Source of the DNA: Octopus vulgaris
Taxonomy: Eukaryota
Assembly: GCA_951406725.2 (NCBI GenBank)
Contig: OX597819.1
Span: 108,438,001-108,502,000 of the forward strand
Reading direction: 5' to 3'
DNA length: 64,000 nucleotides
Below, piece after piece: positions 12,186 through 24,849 of this stretch. A program made the translations under genes and the position numbers. Each line of letters opens with the position of its first letter. Positions within the stretch are counted from its first letter, which is position 1. The notes under the pieces were generated by a model. The model was not told where the DNA came from. It saw only the letters and a list, made by a program, of their open reading frames with translations, and did no database searches.

Positions 12186-14240
12186 GTAAGTTTTACTTTT
12201 GGATTTACAATCGACGGGGTTTTTTTTCAGGTACTTCATATTTTATTTATGTTTGTATTTCCCTCCTCCCCCAGTGCTTCCACCATTATCCATGATTCAC
12301 TCTCCCTTTCACTCATATACATATATATATACATATATATATTTATTTATATATATATATATATTTATTTATTATTATTATATATATATATATATGTGTG
12401 TGTGTGTGCATCATCCGGTATATATCCCTTCTAAACCTTATATATATATATATATGTGTGTATTCTCTTCTCTTTCACTTCCCTCTTGTTATTATCTTAG
12501 CTTCGTTTGCTTTCTTTCTCTCTGCTCTAGTTATAATTTTCTCTTTTTCTTTGTTTATCTTTCCCCTTTTTCGTTCTTTCCATCTTCTTTCTACACATTG
12601 TAAGTGTGTCTCTGTCAGTCTTTCTGTAAGAATGACTGAGGAAAGAATACTCAGGGACGCCTGCTGTGTGAAAATTCTACAGTAAATGTAGGCTCTAACA
12701 TATCTATAAATTTCTCTTTTACAGAGATCTCTTTATCTCCTTTCTCTCTCTCTCCACACACACATATATCCTGGCATATAAGAGTGTTACTTCTTTGTCT
12801 CTATATCTATTTTTTGCATATATATATATATATGCAAAAAATATATACACACACAAACATATATGTATCTTTTATCTCTTTCCTTCTGTCACATGCAGTC
12901 TTACTCTTATCTCTCTATCTCTCTCCTCTCACTCCCTCTAATACCTTTTCTCTGACACTCCTACTCTCTCTTTCCATCTACCCCTCTCTCTATATGAATA
13001 GCTATAAGCAACCCCCTCCTACTCTCTCATTACTATTTCTCACCGACACACATACACACAACATATTTCACTATATACAAAATAAAAGTACCTCCACCCA
13101 ACTCTCTATATATAAACATTGTTACCACATCCCATTCTACCTACCTAGGTAGGTAAGCGGGCTTGTTTTGTTGTGATAATCACTTATTCCACGTGTAGAA
13201 ACTGTGCACTTTTATTTCGACAGCTTGGCTCTGACTTCAAAATGGCCAGCAAACAAAACGCATAATATATAATGTGTGTGTATATTGTATGTTTGTGATC
13301 TTTAACTTTAAGATCATTCTTTACTTGGTTTCTCGACTTGCTAGAATTAGCAATCAAATCTCTTTTATATCACACCCTATCCTTTCTGAAAAGAGAAGAA
13401 AGACATGTAACATTGTGCCAGAGATACACACAAAATAGATATCTTAATAAAATAAATGGAATGTTCACGGTTGGAATATCTCTGATCGTTGGTGTTTTGC
13501 TCAATTACGGTTAATCTGGGACTAACCAAACGACACCAAACGAATGAGGCTTTATGGGGTGTTCGACCTGTTTGAGATAGCAGCCATTTCTCCCTCAGTG
13601 CCGTCATAAAGAGGAAATAAACCATTAGGTAATGAGATTCTAAACAAAAATAGGACAGAATGGTCACAACTGGAACGCCTTTGATCATAGGTTTTAGTTA
13701 GTGGTGGCCTAAGGAATAAGAAAGAAAAATTATATATGTATGTATGTACGTATATGTAAGTTTGGTTTTAAAGCCGAGAGAAAAAGAACTCAGTATATTA
13801 TATTGAGTATATATATTTACGTTATTTTATTATTATTTTTTAATCTGAGAATGTTGCATGTTACCTTCTTCAAACTTTCAGTTTGGAAAGTGCTTCACAC
13901 GAAAAAAAGATTAAAAATAAATAATGAAACAGCTTATAATATAAGAATAATTCTTTAATGTACAGTCAGTCATGAGAGTTCCATGTTATATTTTAAATTT
14001 ATGGGTCACTTTTTTTTTTATCGTGTTTTTTTCTTTTCAGTTGAAGTTTCTGAAGTTACAGATCCCTTGAAATTTCTAAATTATTTTTAGGGGATCTGTT
14101 AATCCATTTTGGCAATTGTAACAATGCACTCGCTTTCTTCTTTAAATATTATATATCATTATATTATTTGCGTGCGTGTGTGTGTATTATGTTATTGTAT
14201 GATTTGTATGTGTGGTTATATATATACAGGTGTATGCGTG

Positions 14241-14285
<45 letters not shown>

Positions 14286-14879
14286 ATGTGTGTCTCTTCG
14301 GTTCAGACCCACAGCGCAACACCAGGCGCAAGTGTCTTCTGCTATAGCCCTTTGCTAACCAAAGCCTTGTACGTGGATTTTTGTAGAAGGAAACTGAAAG
14401 AAACCCGTCATGTTTGTGTGTGTGTATGTATACCCTTGTCTAGACCTCACGTGATGGATGTAAATGAGCTTCACCGTCATACAAGTGACGATTGTTTACA
14501 GTCCTCTTGAAAATCATGTCTAGCAATGGGAAATATTACCTTGCTTGGAAACAGGAAGAGCAACCAGTTGTGGAAAATCTCCCTCAAAATATTTAATTTG
14601 TCCCATACAGGCATGAAAAAGGGGACATTGAACGACGAAGATGATAATGATACTCATAGTGTATGTGTGTATATATATGTGTGTGTGTGTGTATGTATGT
14701 ATGTATATATATATGTGTATGTATATGTATATATATATATATATAATGAGTGTATAGGACACTCAACTACAATGATGTAACTTACAAAACATGAAACAAG
14801 GACCTGCCAAACCTAATAATAAAGATTCTTGGCATGATGCGATGAAATGAGTTTTAGGTGCAGCCTCTTGGAAAAGTTA

Positions 14880-15268
14880 TATGTGTGTGTGTGTGCATAC
14901 ATATGTGTGTCTGTGTGTATATATGTATGTGTATATGTATGTGTACAGATATGTATATATACGTGTACATATATGTGTGTATATATATATACATATATGT
15001 ACACACACACATATATGTGTGTGTGTGTACATATGTATATATATATATGTGTACATATATATATATGTATATATATGTGTATATATATATGTGTATATAT
15101 GCATATATATATGTATAGATATATGTGTGTGTGTGTATGTATGTATATATATGTATGTATATGTATGTGTATATATATATATATATGTATGTGTATATAT
15201 ATATGTATGTATATATTTATATGTATGTATATGTATATATTTATATGTATGTATATATATATATATAT
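14880..15268. repeat. Compound (TA)/(TG) microsatellite
   Basis: About 390 bp of TA/TG/CA dinucleotides directly abutting the long palindrome. Confidence 0.9.
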
Positions 15269-15298
15269 ACGAGAAAGAAGCAACAAGAATGGATTGGT

Positions 15299-15388
15299 TT
15301 TTAGTACAATTGTTTCATACAAAGACAGGCTTTATTACAAGTTGCAAAAATTGCAGCAGATAAAGCGTCCCGTACTCATCAGCTAAAA
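15299..15388 (-). ncRNA. Type I hammerhead ribozyme motif (mirror copy)
   Basis: Reverse complement of 15730-15820. Confidence 0.75.
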
Positions 15389-15729
15389 TACATTTGAGTT
15401 CTCTAGACATCTTAGTGGGTGAGGTTATACTCATGAGATATTGGAGATAGTTCCATTAGAGGCAGATATAGGTTGTAAACAGTTTTCTAAAAGTTCCTTA
15501 ATGATGATGCACAGTCTTATCACAGATTTTTAAAAAACTTATTAGTTTCGAAGATTCATCTTCTCTTCGAAACTAATAAGTTTTTTAAAAATCTGTGATA
15601 AGACTGTGCATCATCATTAAGGAACTTTTAGAAAACTGTTTACAACCTATATCTGCCTCTAATGGAACTATCTCCAATATCTCATGAGTATAACCTCACC
15701 CACTAAGATGTCTAGAGAACTCAAATGTA

Positions 15730-15820
15730 TTTTAGCTGATGAGTACGGGACGCTTTTATCTGCTGCAATTTTTGCAACTTGTAATAAAGCCTGTCTTTGT
15801 ATGAAACAATTGTACTAAAA
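15730..15820 (+). ncRNA. Type I hammerhead ribozyme motif with long stem II
   Basis: Stem I ttttag/ctaaaa; CTGATGA 15736-15742; stem II gtac-gggac-gcttt...aaagc-gtctt-gtat; GAAA 15803-15806; palindromic stem III ACAATTGT; GUA cleavage triplet ending at 15814. Confidence 0.8.
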
Positions 15821-15962
15821 ACCAATCCATTCTTGTTGCTTCTTTCTCGTTTATAATCACCCCACATTACTGTATGGATAACACCATATAGTTTTTCTGG
15901 TGCATCTAAGTTATAGTACCACATTCAAGTAAATTCATTGGAAGTTACTTGAATCTTAATTG

Positions 15963-15998
<36 letters not shown>

Positions 15999-16009
15999 TG
16001 TGCCCATGC

Positions 16010-16391
16010 TAGTAGGTTACCATGAACACTATTCGAGCGTGATCGTTGCCAGAGCAGCCAACTGACTTCCATGCTGGTGGCATGTAAAAGGACACCATTC
16101 GAGCATGATCGTTACCAACGTTGCCTTACTGGCACCTGTGCCGGTGGCATGTGTAAAAAGATTTGAGCAAGGTCATTGCCAGTACCAACTGACTGGCCCT
16201 CGTGCCAGTGGCACGTAAAAAGCACTCACAACACTCTCAGAGTGGTTGGCGTTAGGAAGGGCGTCCAGCTGTAGAAACTCTGCCAGATCAAGATTGGAGC
16301 CTGGTGCTGCCATCTGGTTTGCCAGCCCTCAGTCAAAATCATCCAACCCATGCTAGCATGGAAAGCAGACATTAAACGATGATGATGATGA
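16010..16391 (+). mobile_element. SINE family A copy
   Basis: Tandem internal units plus core plus (GAT)n tail. Confidence 0.75.
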
Positions 16392-16499
16392 TATATATAT
16401 ATGTGTGTGTGTTTGTATATATATATATGTGTGTATATATATGTGTGTGTATATATGTATATGTATATATATTTGTGTATATATGTATATTTGTGTGTG

Positions 16500-16530
<31 letters not shown>

Positions 16531-17490
16531 ATATCTTTTACTGTTTAACTTGTTTCCGTCATTTGACTGTGGCCATGCTGGAGCACCGCCTTTAGTTGAG
16601 CAGATCGACCCCAGGACTTATTCTTTTGTAAGCCTAGTACTAATTCTATCGGTCTCTTATGCCGAACCACTAAGTTACAGGGATGTAAACACATCAGCAT
16701 CAGTTGTCAAGTGATGTTGGGAGGACAAATACATACATACATATATATATGTGGCATGTAAAAAGCACCATCCGATCGTGGCCATTGCCAGCCTCGCCTG
16801 TTTCAACCACTCCACGTTTTGAAGGCAAGGACAAGACGCGACCTCGTTGAAACAGGTCTTTCCGCAAAGCAAATTAAATAAAATTTGGGATTTTTTGCAG
16901 AGGGTGAAAGTGGTAACAAGAACAGGACAGTGAGAACAAAACAGTAAAAACAATAAAAAATAAAATCAGTAAAAGACAGAACAATGAGAACAAAACTGTA
17001 AAAACTAATGGTAAGGGCTGTTAAGCCAAGACAATGGAAAAATTATTCTGAATGCTTAGGAAGACAAACTTATGGAGACAGTATAAGCATGTTTAGTCTT
17101 TACGAAGGTTGTGGGTAGAAAGGTAGATTCTCTTTCGTCGCAGCGACGAGAGAGTCAAGGAGGAGGAGTGAGAGAGAGGGAATGGTGAGGGGGAGAAGAG
17201 AAGAATAGGGAAGAGTGGGAGAGAAAACCAGAAAGGATGAAGAACAAGAGGGGGAGAGAGAGAGACAGAAAAGAGATAGTAAAGATAGAAGAGTGCACAT
17301 CGTAATCATTAAGGTAAAACTTACTTGGAAAAGGATGCGTGGCGTTCGATCATATAATGTTTTTGTTTTTATGTTTTCGTTTTTCATTGTGTTCAATTTT
17401 TTTTTGATATCCTGTACCCATATATGCATGCGTATGTGCATGTATATGTATGTATATATGCATATATTTATATATTATTTATATTATACG

Positions 17491-17730
17491 TAAAAGCACC
17501 ATCCGTTCGTGGCCGTTTGCCAGCTATGTCTGGCACCTGTGCGGGTGGCACGTAAAAAGCACCCACTACACTCACGGAGTGGTTGGCGTTAGGAAGGGCA
17601 TCCAGCCGTAGAAACACTGCCAGATCTGACTGGGCCTGATGAAGCCTTCCAGCTTCACAGACCCCAGTTGAACCGTCCAACCCATGCTAGCATGGAGAAC
17701 GGACGCTAAATGATGATGATGATGATGATG
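17491..17730 (+). mobile_element. SINE family A copy
   Basis: Near-identical to 4125-4361. Confidence 0.8.
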
Positions 17731-18206
17731 AAGAAACCAATAGAATAAGTACAAGGCTTACAAAGAATAAGTCCTGGGGTCGATTTGCTTGATTAAGGCT
17801 ATAGTAGAAGACACTTGCCTAAGCTGCCACGCAGTGGGACTAAAGCCAGAAACTACAGAAGGCTTGTGTTATATGGTTAAAGAATATATTTAAATCTTTA
17901 TGTTAGGAAAATGTTATAAAATTTTGCTTATAGTAACATTGCTTTTTGGAGAAATAACTGGTTTTGTATTTTCTTTTCAAATTTATCAAATTTGTTTATA
18001 TTGTGTCATGTCTTTGCTATGTTGTGAAATATGGAGTTCCAGACAGGGAAAAGTAATCAAAGATTTTTTCGGTATAAGGGTGATAATCAAAAATGTTGGG
18101 AATGACTAGGTTGTATTAATTTAACATGATTTGGTTTAGAAGGAATAGAATGTTACAAGTGGTTAGATTTTGCTTATATATATATACATATATAAGCTTA
18201 TATATA

Positions 18207-18240
<34 letters not shown>

Positions 18241-18392
18241 CATACATATGTATATGTATGTGTATGTATATATGTATATGTGTGTATATATATATATGTA
18301 TGTGTGTATATATATATGTATATATATATGTATGTATATGTGTATATATATATATGTATGTATATATGTATGTATATATGTGTGTATATATA

Positions 18393-19253
18393 CTGTAAAT
18401 CCTCGAGTATAATCCACATTTTTTTCCCAAAATTTAATGGTCAAAATCCCAAGTGCGTACTACATACGAGGTTAAAAATGAAAAATATTTTCTAAGCAAT
18501 GTCCAAATCTCTATTTGCTGTCCAGCAATATTTATTCAGACACATTTTGTGATGCCGGGCATGAAAATACCTTAAGCTAAGCCTGAAAGCAATGAAGTCA
18601 TAAAGTGATTTATGGACTGAATGGATGTCGACTGGAGAAAAGTCGTTCACTAAAGGTGGAAGGGTTCACGCTCCCGACCTGACTTTGATATGCAAATGGA
18701 TCGTGTATGCATGGAATGAACTTGATCCTCAGATTATTGTGAAAAGTTTTGTCAAATGTTGTATACCATTTGCACTGGATGGTACACGTTGTATGGAAAG
18801 ATGAAATAAATGAAAGTGAATCTTCTGATTTTAACTATGAATCTGACGATGACAGATTTGCACTACAATGATGCTGACATGTTTACGGAGGAACAAATGG
18901 AACAGTTATTTAATGCTGAAAGTGACGTTGAATTTGAAGGATTTGAATAAATGTTTTTGTTTTTGCAACTGATAGAGATAAATATGTAAAGGCAATTTAC
19001 TTAATATTTATTTTTTACTGTTATTTCTTTATTTTCTGCAAACAAAATGCAGAAAAAAGCTACACGTTCACATTATGTTATGTATACAATATTAATAAAG
19101 GACATTACCGTATACATTTTTACAAACCAAGGACGTTATATAGACCTCCTTGACTCAAGTTAGAGAAGGGGTGTGTATTATACACAAGGTTTAGGTTTTT
19201 CAGAGGTACAGCTCCCTAAAACCCCCCTGCATATTATACTCGAGCATTTACGG
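18393..19253 (+). mobile_element. Internally deleted pogo-family DNA transposon
   Basis: TIRs ctgtaaatcctcgagtataat / attatactcgagcatttacgg flanked by TA. Internal LWTEWMSTGEKSFTKGGRVHAPDLTLICKWIVYAWNELDPQIIVKSFVKCCIPFALDG matches the pogo transposase C-terminus, followed by an acidic tail. Confidence 0.85.
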
Positions 19254-19678
19254 TATGTATATGTGTTTATATATATATGTATTTATATATGTATGTACCT
19301 ATATATGTATGTGTGTGTGCGTGTGTATATATATGGCATCATGGAAAACAGACATTTAATGATGATGATGATAATGTGTGTATATATATGTATGTGTGAA
19401 TATTTGTGTCTTCCTCTTGACTTGTTATATGCACACTAATTGTAAACAAAACTCACCATCATGCAAATGGTCCTAACTGTTTACAATCCAACAAGAAATT
19501 ATGTCCAGGCCATTGAACTGTTCATTGCAGCAGCAGAGGAAATATTACCTCACTTCAACAAAAGTGAGGGTTAGCAATATGAAAGGCATCTAGCCATAGA
19601 AAATCTGCTTGACCAAGTTGGGGAAAGTGGACATTACACAGATCTCTGTCTATCACTCTCTTTCTCTCTCTCACTTTC

Positions 19679-19709
<31 letters not shown>

Positions 19710-20399
19710 TGATGATTCTGTGTGCATCATCATCATCATCATCACCATTCACATCCATGTTCCATGCTGGTGTGAGTTGAATGGTTTGACACGATTCAGT
19801 GAGTCCAAGAATTTGCATTGTGTTCTAGTATTTGCTTTGGTATGGTTTCTCTGGTTGTAAGCTCTTTGTAATGCAAACCAATTTACATTGTGCACTGGGT
19901 GCTTTTCTCATGCCACCTGCAGTAATGAGGTCACCATGTAGCTCACAAGTCTATGAAACCCAAGGAACAGATGATGTCTTTATGTTAGGTGATTAGGGAT
20001 AAATTATGAAAGAGCTCTTCTTGGATATTGTCCATGTGTACCTAATGCATATGAAGTCTACTTTCTTTGTTAGTCCACTTGTAATCCCATTGTACCTCTT
20101 GTGTGTCTAGTTTACACTGAATACACTATAAAATTCCTTCTTACTCTTTTTCTACATAATGAGCATGACTGTTACCCACATAGTAGCAAGATCCTATCTT
20201 CTAACTTTATTAATACTTTGGTCGCCATCACTCATCTCTCTCCATCACTTGTCATTCCACACCCATGTCACTTGGATAATGATAGATGGTGTGGTACCCA
20301 GCTATATTCAATACGTCCACTGCCTCTCTCCTCATGTTATCTCTTGTAGATACTAGGCCTCTGTATAATAGACTGTATTGGACCTGTTTTGAACCTTGT

Positions 20400-23300
20400 C
20401 TCCTCTACTTTCATTCTTTCTGTACTGCCAGTCATCACTTCTATTGTATATATATTGTGTTTTTAACACAGCATGACTATGAAGTGATTTTCTTTCAGAC
20501 AAAAACCGCAGTATCATATCTGTCAACAGTATATATATTAAATATGATACATAGAAGGCAATTTTAATTTAATGCTGTTCTAATCGCGTACACCAAGTTT
20601 TCATTCAAGCAGACAGCTTTCTGCAATATCAGTAACTGTATTATTCGTTGTTTCCTATATATTGGAAGGACAGACTTTGTCCATGCATGTGACTAAACGT
20701 TCATGTCATTGGCAAGGCTCAAGTAAGCTGAAATGTGTCTGTTGCTCTCATAGATCATTGATGGAACAATGTTCATTTTGCTCTGATATATATTATTTTT
20801 AACACAGTATGTCTATGAAGAGCCTTTTCCTTCAAGCAAAACCATGGCATCATGCCTGTCAGTGGTGTATATAGGTTAAGTATGATACATAGATGGTTAT
20901 ATATATCATCATCATTTAACGTCCATCTTTCATGCTTGCATGGATTGGACAGTTTGACAGGATCCATTGAGATGGAAAATTGCATTGCATTCCAATGTCT
21001 GTTTTGGTATGATTTCTACAACTAAATGCGTTTCCTAATGCCTATCATATACTTCATAACTAGAAAAAGGAATACTCAACATTAGGAAAGTTCATAATAA
21101 AATCTTTAAATGGAATTTGTGTCAGTCTTCTAGAACCTAAGGTATCATGTTGTTGAATGTCAACAAATATTTATCTAGAATTAGAATTACAACAGACTTT
21201 CTGCCATTATGGCCAATGAAAATGTGTTGCAAGATCATAAGTAAAAGGAAATGATGTCATTGCTAGGATTGCACTCATGAATATGTTAGTTCAGGGGGAG
21301 TAATCGTTCATAGATGGTAATGTCGTTTGTTTCCCTTGATACAGAACAGTCCAACTACTTTTAAGATAATATTAAAATGCATATGAATGTATATTGTTAA
21401 TATCCTGTGACCTGTTCTTCCCACTGGATGTATCTATAAGAAGTAGTCATTAGGTAACCATGATATAACTGCAGATATCAAAATTTGCAGATATCAAAAT
21501 TTCTGTAAATGCAGCATTGTCAAACTTGGCAATTTATTGTAATGGAACCATATTTCCAGTGAATTCTCATTTGTTTTCATTCGTTCATAAAACATGTAAT
21601 TAGGAAAATATGGTTTTGATATCTTGGTATCTAGCTACATATAGAGCTTTGGCCAAAATGTATGTGGGAACTCAAGGCTATAACTCATATTGGAGTAGAG
21701 ATAAACTAAAGTAGAACTGCCACATTTGTAAGCTGCTAGTGAACTGTTGTGTAAGTCATGATATAGTCTTAGTATTGACATTGCTGTTTATTGGGTGTAC
21801 AGGTTCGTCCAAAAATATTCTGTTACTGTATGCAAATTATATGTGGTTGAAGCTAATATGGCTTGTAGCTATCTTACACCTAGTTGTTTTTCTTATAATA
21901 GTGTGTGTCTGGTATTCTTGTAATTCATGCTCAGGCATACATTACACATGCACATACATGTTTCTAACTTCAATTCAGGTACATACGCTTGGTGTAAGTG
22001 ATGAGTTAGACTAACAGTAATGTTTGGGTGACAGTTGTTTCAACCATGGAACCTCTTGGAATATTTGGTCTAGAGTATGTGTCCTGGGACTATTGAATAA
22101 TATATGAGTGGGGTATCCTAGTGGTGGGTTTGGTGCATTTTTGTACTTTTTATGCTTTGTTGTACTGTTGTGGTTGATGTTGGGGGCATTCTGAAGGTAG
22201 CCGGGTCTAATGGGATGGGAAAAATTAGCTGAGTTGAAATTGTGGTCTGTAACACCCATGTTCCATATTCGCATACATTGAGAACAGGAATGTATCTGAA
22301 AGTTTAACATCTGTTAAGTTTTCTGTGATGCAAAGGTTGCATTAGCAGATTGCTCACTTTGCAGACCTTCAGGCATTGCACTTGTTTCTCTTTTTCTTAA
22401 ATGAATTCATGCGTTGTGCATATAACATAGATGGTTATATATTTCATCGATAACCATAGATGGTTATATATTTCATCGATAACCATAGATGGTTATCGAT
22501 TTCATCTCAATCGAAGGAGAGGAGCTTTCTCCGTCCGGGTTGCGGATCCGTGGAACAAGCTGCCAGACGAGATGGTGAAGATGCCGACGACCGCTTTGTT
22601 CAAAGCCTCCCTTGACCTCAAGTGGCCTGAACTCTTTACATGAACACCACCCTGTACTTAACTCCATGTCCCCCTACATGGCCTTGCTATTTGCTTTTGA
22701 GCCAAATTAACTAACTAACTAACTAACATATCTTTCCTTTCCTTGAAGGTATTCCTTGTTAATCCTCTGTAAGTTTTTAGTATATATCACCATCTGAAAT
22801 ATCAGCTCAGAACACCAGTTCCCTAACATCTTTGCTGTGGCTAAGTATTTGTGAATCTGTGTTAGAGCAGCATTTATAGGTATCTTATATTGTATTTCTG
22901 TTAAAAATTTTACAGTATCCATGCATTGGTGGGAAATGATTATCTGTTAGGGTGAAGAATTTCACTGCTTTGGTTGCTACATTCAGACAATATAGTGGAT
23001 TAAACCATAAGATTTTTCTGTGTCTACATCTAGATTTTGTTGAAGTAGCCCTATTAATGATGGTCAAGCTAGAAATATACCTATTTATGTTATTGGGGTA
23101 GATGGAGTGAGTTTTATCTATTTAGGTGATTTCTTCTGTAGGTCTGTGGAAGGGATAGTATTAACCTTTAGTGAAATTCATAGTAGTATCTGGACAGCTG
23201 ATGATTTTGAGGTTGGTATTCACTGATATTTTCAGGTTGTGTATATATTCTACTAAGCTCCTTTCTGATACTGTCCATATTTGTTGCTGCCACTCCAGTC

Positions 23301-24150
23301 TAATGTATCTGTAATCCTAAGCTAACCTCCTTTACTTCATTATTTAGCTTATTAAGAATAAGTTGACTTTCAAGGGCTGCAATTTTAGCCCCATCATAGC
23401 TCTTTATTATATCAGAGCGCTCGTCACTGTTTTTTTTTTCTTTTCTTTTACCTAATAAGAGTCATAATAGAATAACAACCGTTTTTCTTGGTTTCATAAT
23501 AATTAACCTACAACTAGGCTTATGGGTAAATTTGGTCCTTTGATCCTTGAAGGTTACAAAGTTTATACAAGTTGAGATATTGTATTTCATCAGTTACGTT
23601 TAATTTGTTAGATGTTTTGCTTCATTTTTAATGTTGTCTTAGTGATATTATCTAACAATAGTTTATTGTACAAGCCTCTGTTTTGTTGTTTTTGCTTTTT
23701 GTTTAATTGGCTTTTATAAAGATGTTGGAGTTTTGGAAAGGTTGTAGAAATTCTTTTAGTTTATGTTGGAATCTATTGGGTCTGTTGTTAAAGTTAATAT
23801 TTGAACTAGTCTAATGAGAGCTTCATTCAATCTAGTTCTTTTATGTGTGGAGGACTTTTGCAAGATTTGAAATCGAAACTGTCCTCTGTAGATGAACTGA
23901 TGGTAAGTTTTTCAAGAAAAAAAAAATTACTTTTCCATTCCATTCTTCTTAGTATATTCCTCCCCTTCATTTTTTTTTCAGTAAGTAATCAGTTTCCAAG
24001 GAAAAAGGATAATGTGATGTCCTGTTTTTCTTATGGTTGTTTCTTTAATTGTTTAATGTCAGTAGATTTTTACCAATTCCAACAATTTCTAATTTCACAA
24101 ATTATTACCTTAAACATTTTCTGCACTGCTAATAATCAAATCATATGCTT
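20400..24150 (-). mobile_element. Decayed Penelope-like retroelement (RT and linker region)
   Basis: Minus-strand remnants DIIKSYDGAKIAALESQLILNKL (cf. MGSYDGAEICELVG) near 23350-23410 and RHRKILWFNPLYCLNVATK..HFPPMHGYCKIFNRNT near 22890-23030, a PLE signature. A CLKEK-like motif lies near 20830. Ends are uncertain. Confidence 0.72.
22423..22727 (+). mobile_element. 5'-truncated CR1/L2-group LINE 3' end nested in the Penelope-like element
   Basis: Open frame RRGAFSVRVADPWNKLPDEMVKMPTTALFKASLD (FSxRVxxxWNxLP..FKxxLD motif), short 3' UTR, (TAAC)n tail. Confidence 0.82.
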
Positions 24151-24606
24151 CTAAGAACAAATTATTTGTAAATATTGGATTCTTTTCACTTTTGATTTAA
24201 CCCTATTCTGCAGACATAATAATGTTCCTTTAGTAAATTTTAGAAGAATAAACATTTCAATAACTTTTGTTTCATATAATGTAATGTTTCACGTTACATT
24301 AATTTCTGTTTTATTTTCAAAGAATGCTTTAATCTCAAAAAGATGAGTTATGTATCTAATTAAGTTTATTAAATGTTCTTTTGTTAGGTTGCTTAGTTAT
24401 TCAGTCTTTTACTTTTAATTTCAATGTAGTTTAGGCTTTTGAAATATGAAACAAAGGTATTCCTGATTTTCTTATTGTTTATTTCTTTTTTATGTTGTTA
24501 CCTTTAAATAAATGACCTTTTATTTTGTAAGATTTTTTTATGCTTGATTGTTTTTTACTTCAATGAATTTTATATATATATATGTGTGTGTGTGTATATG
24601 TGTATG

Positions 24607-24669
<63 letters not shown>

Positions 24670-24849
24670 GACAATGGATAATTATGGCCCTTAAATCCAA
24701 GGTTTAACAAATCAAGGTGTTAAAAAGTAACTTGGTAATTCACATTGGTCATGTATGTTATGTGCTTTTATTGAATGTAAGGAATATGTGATTAGTTTAA
24801 TTTAAACAGAGGAATTGGAGTTGAAGTCAAATATGTATTGATTGCATAG

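Larger units (their letters stand above)
15269..15850. mobile_element. Near-perfect 582-bp palindrome (Penelope-type inverted repeat / retrozyme-like)
   Basis: Arms 15269-15554 and 15564-15850 are reverse complements apart from one indel I could see (taaagcg vs cgctttta); 9-nt spacer ttcatcttc. Confidence 0.9.

Noticed and set aside
14813-15386. Long Tyr/Ile/Cys/Val-rich ORFs (also 18116-18495, 57852-58088)
   Set aside because: These are translations of TA/TG microsatellites.
16800-17420. CpG-containing insert with ttgaagg...gaaacaggtc, a possible further hammerhead
   Set aside because: It lacks a CTGANGA box and consistent stems; probably a repeat, but unclassifiable by eye.
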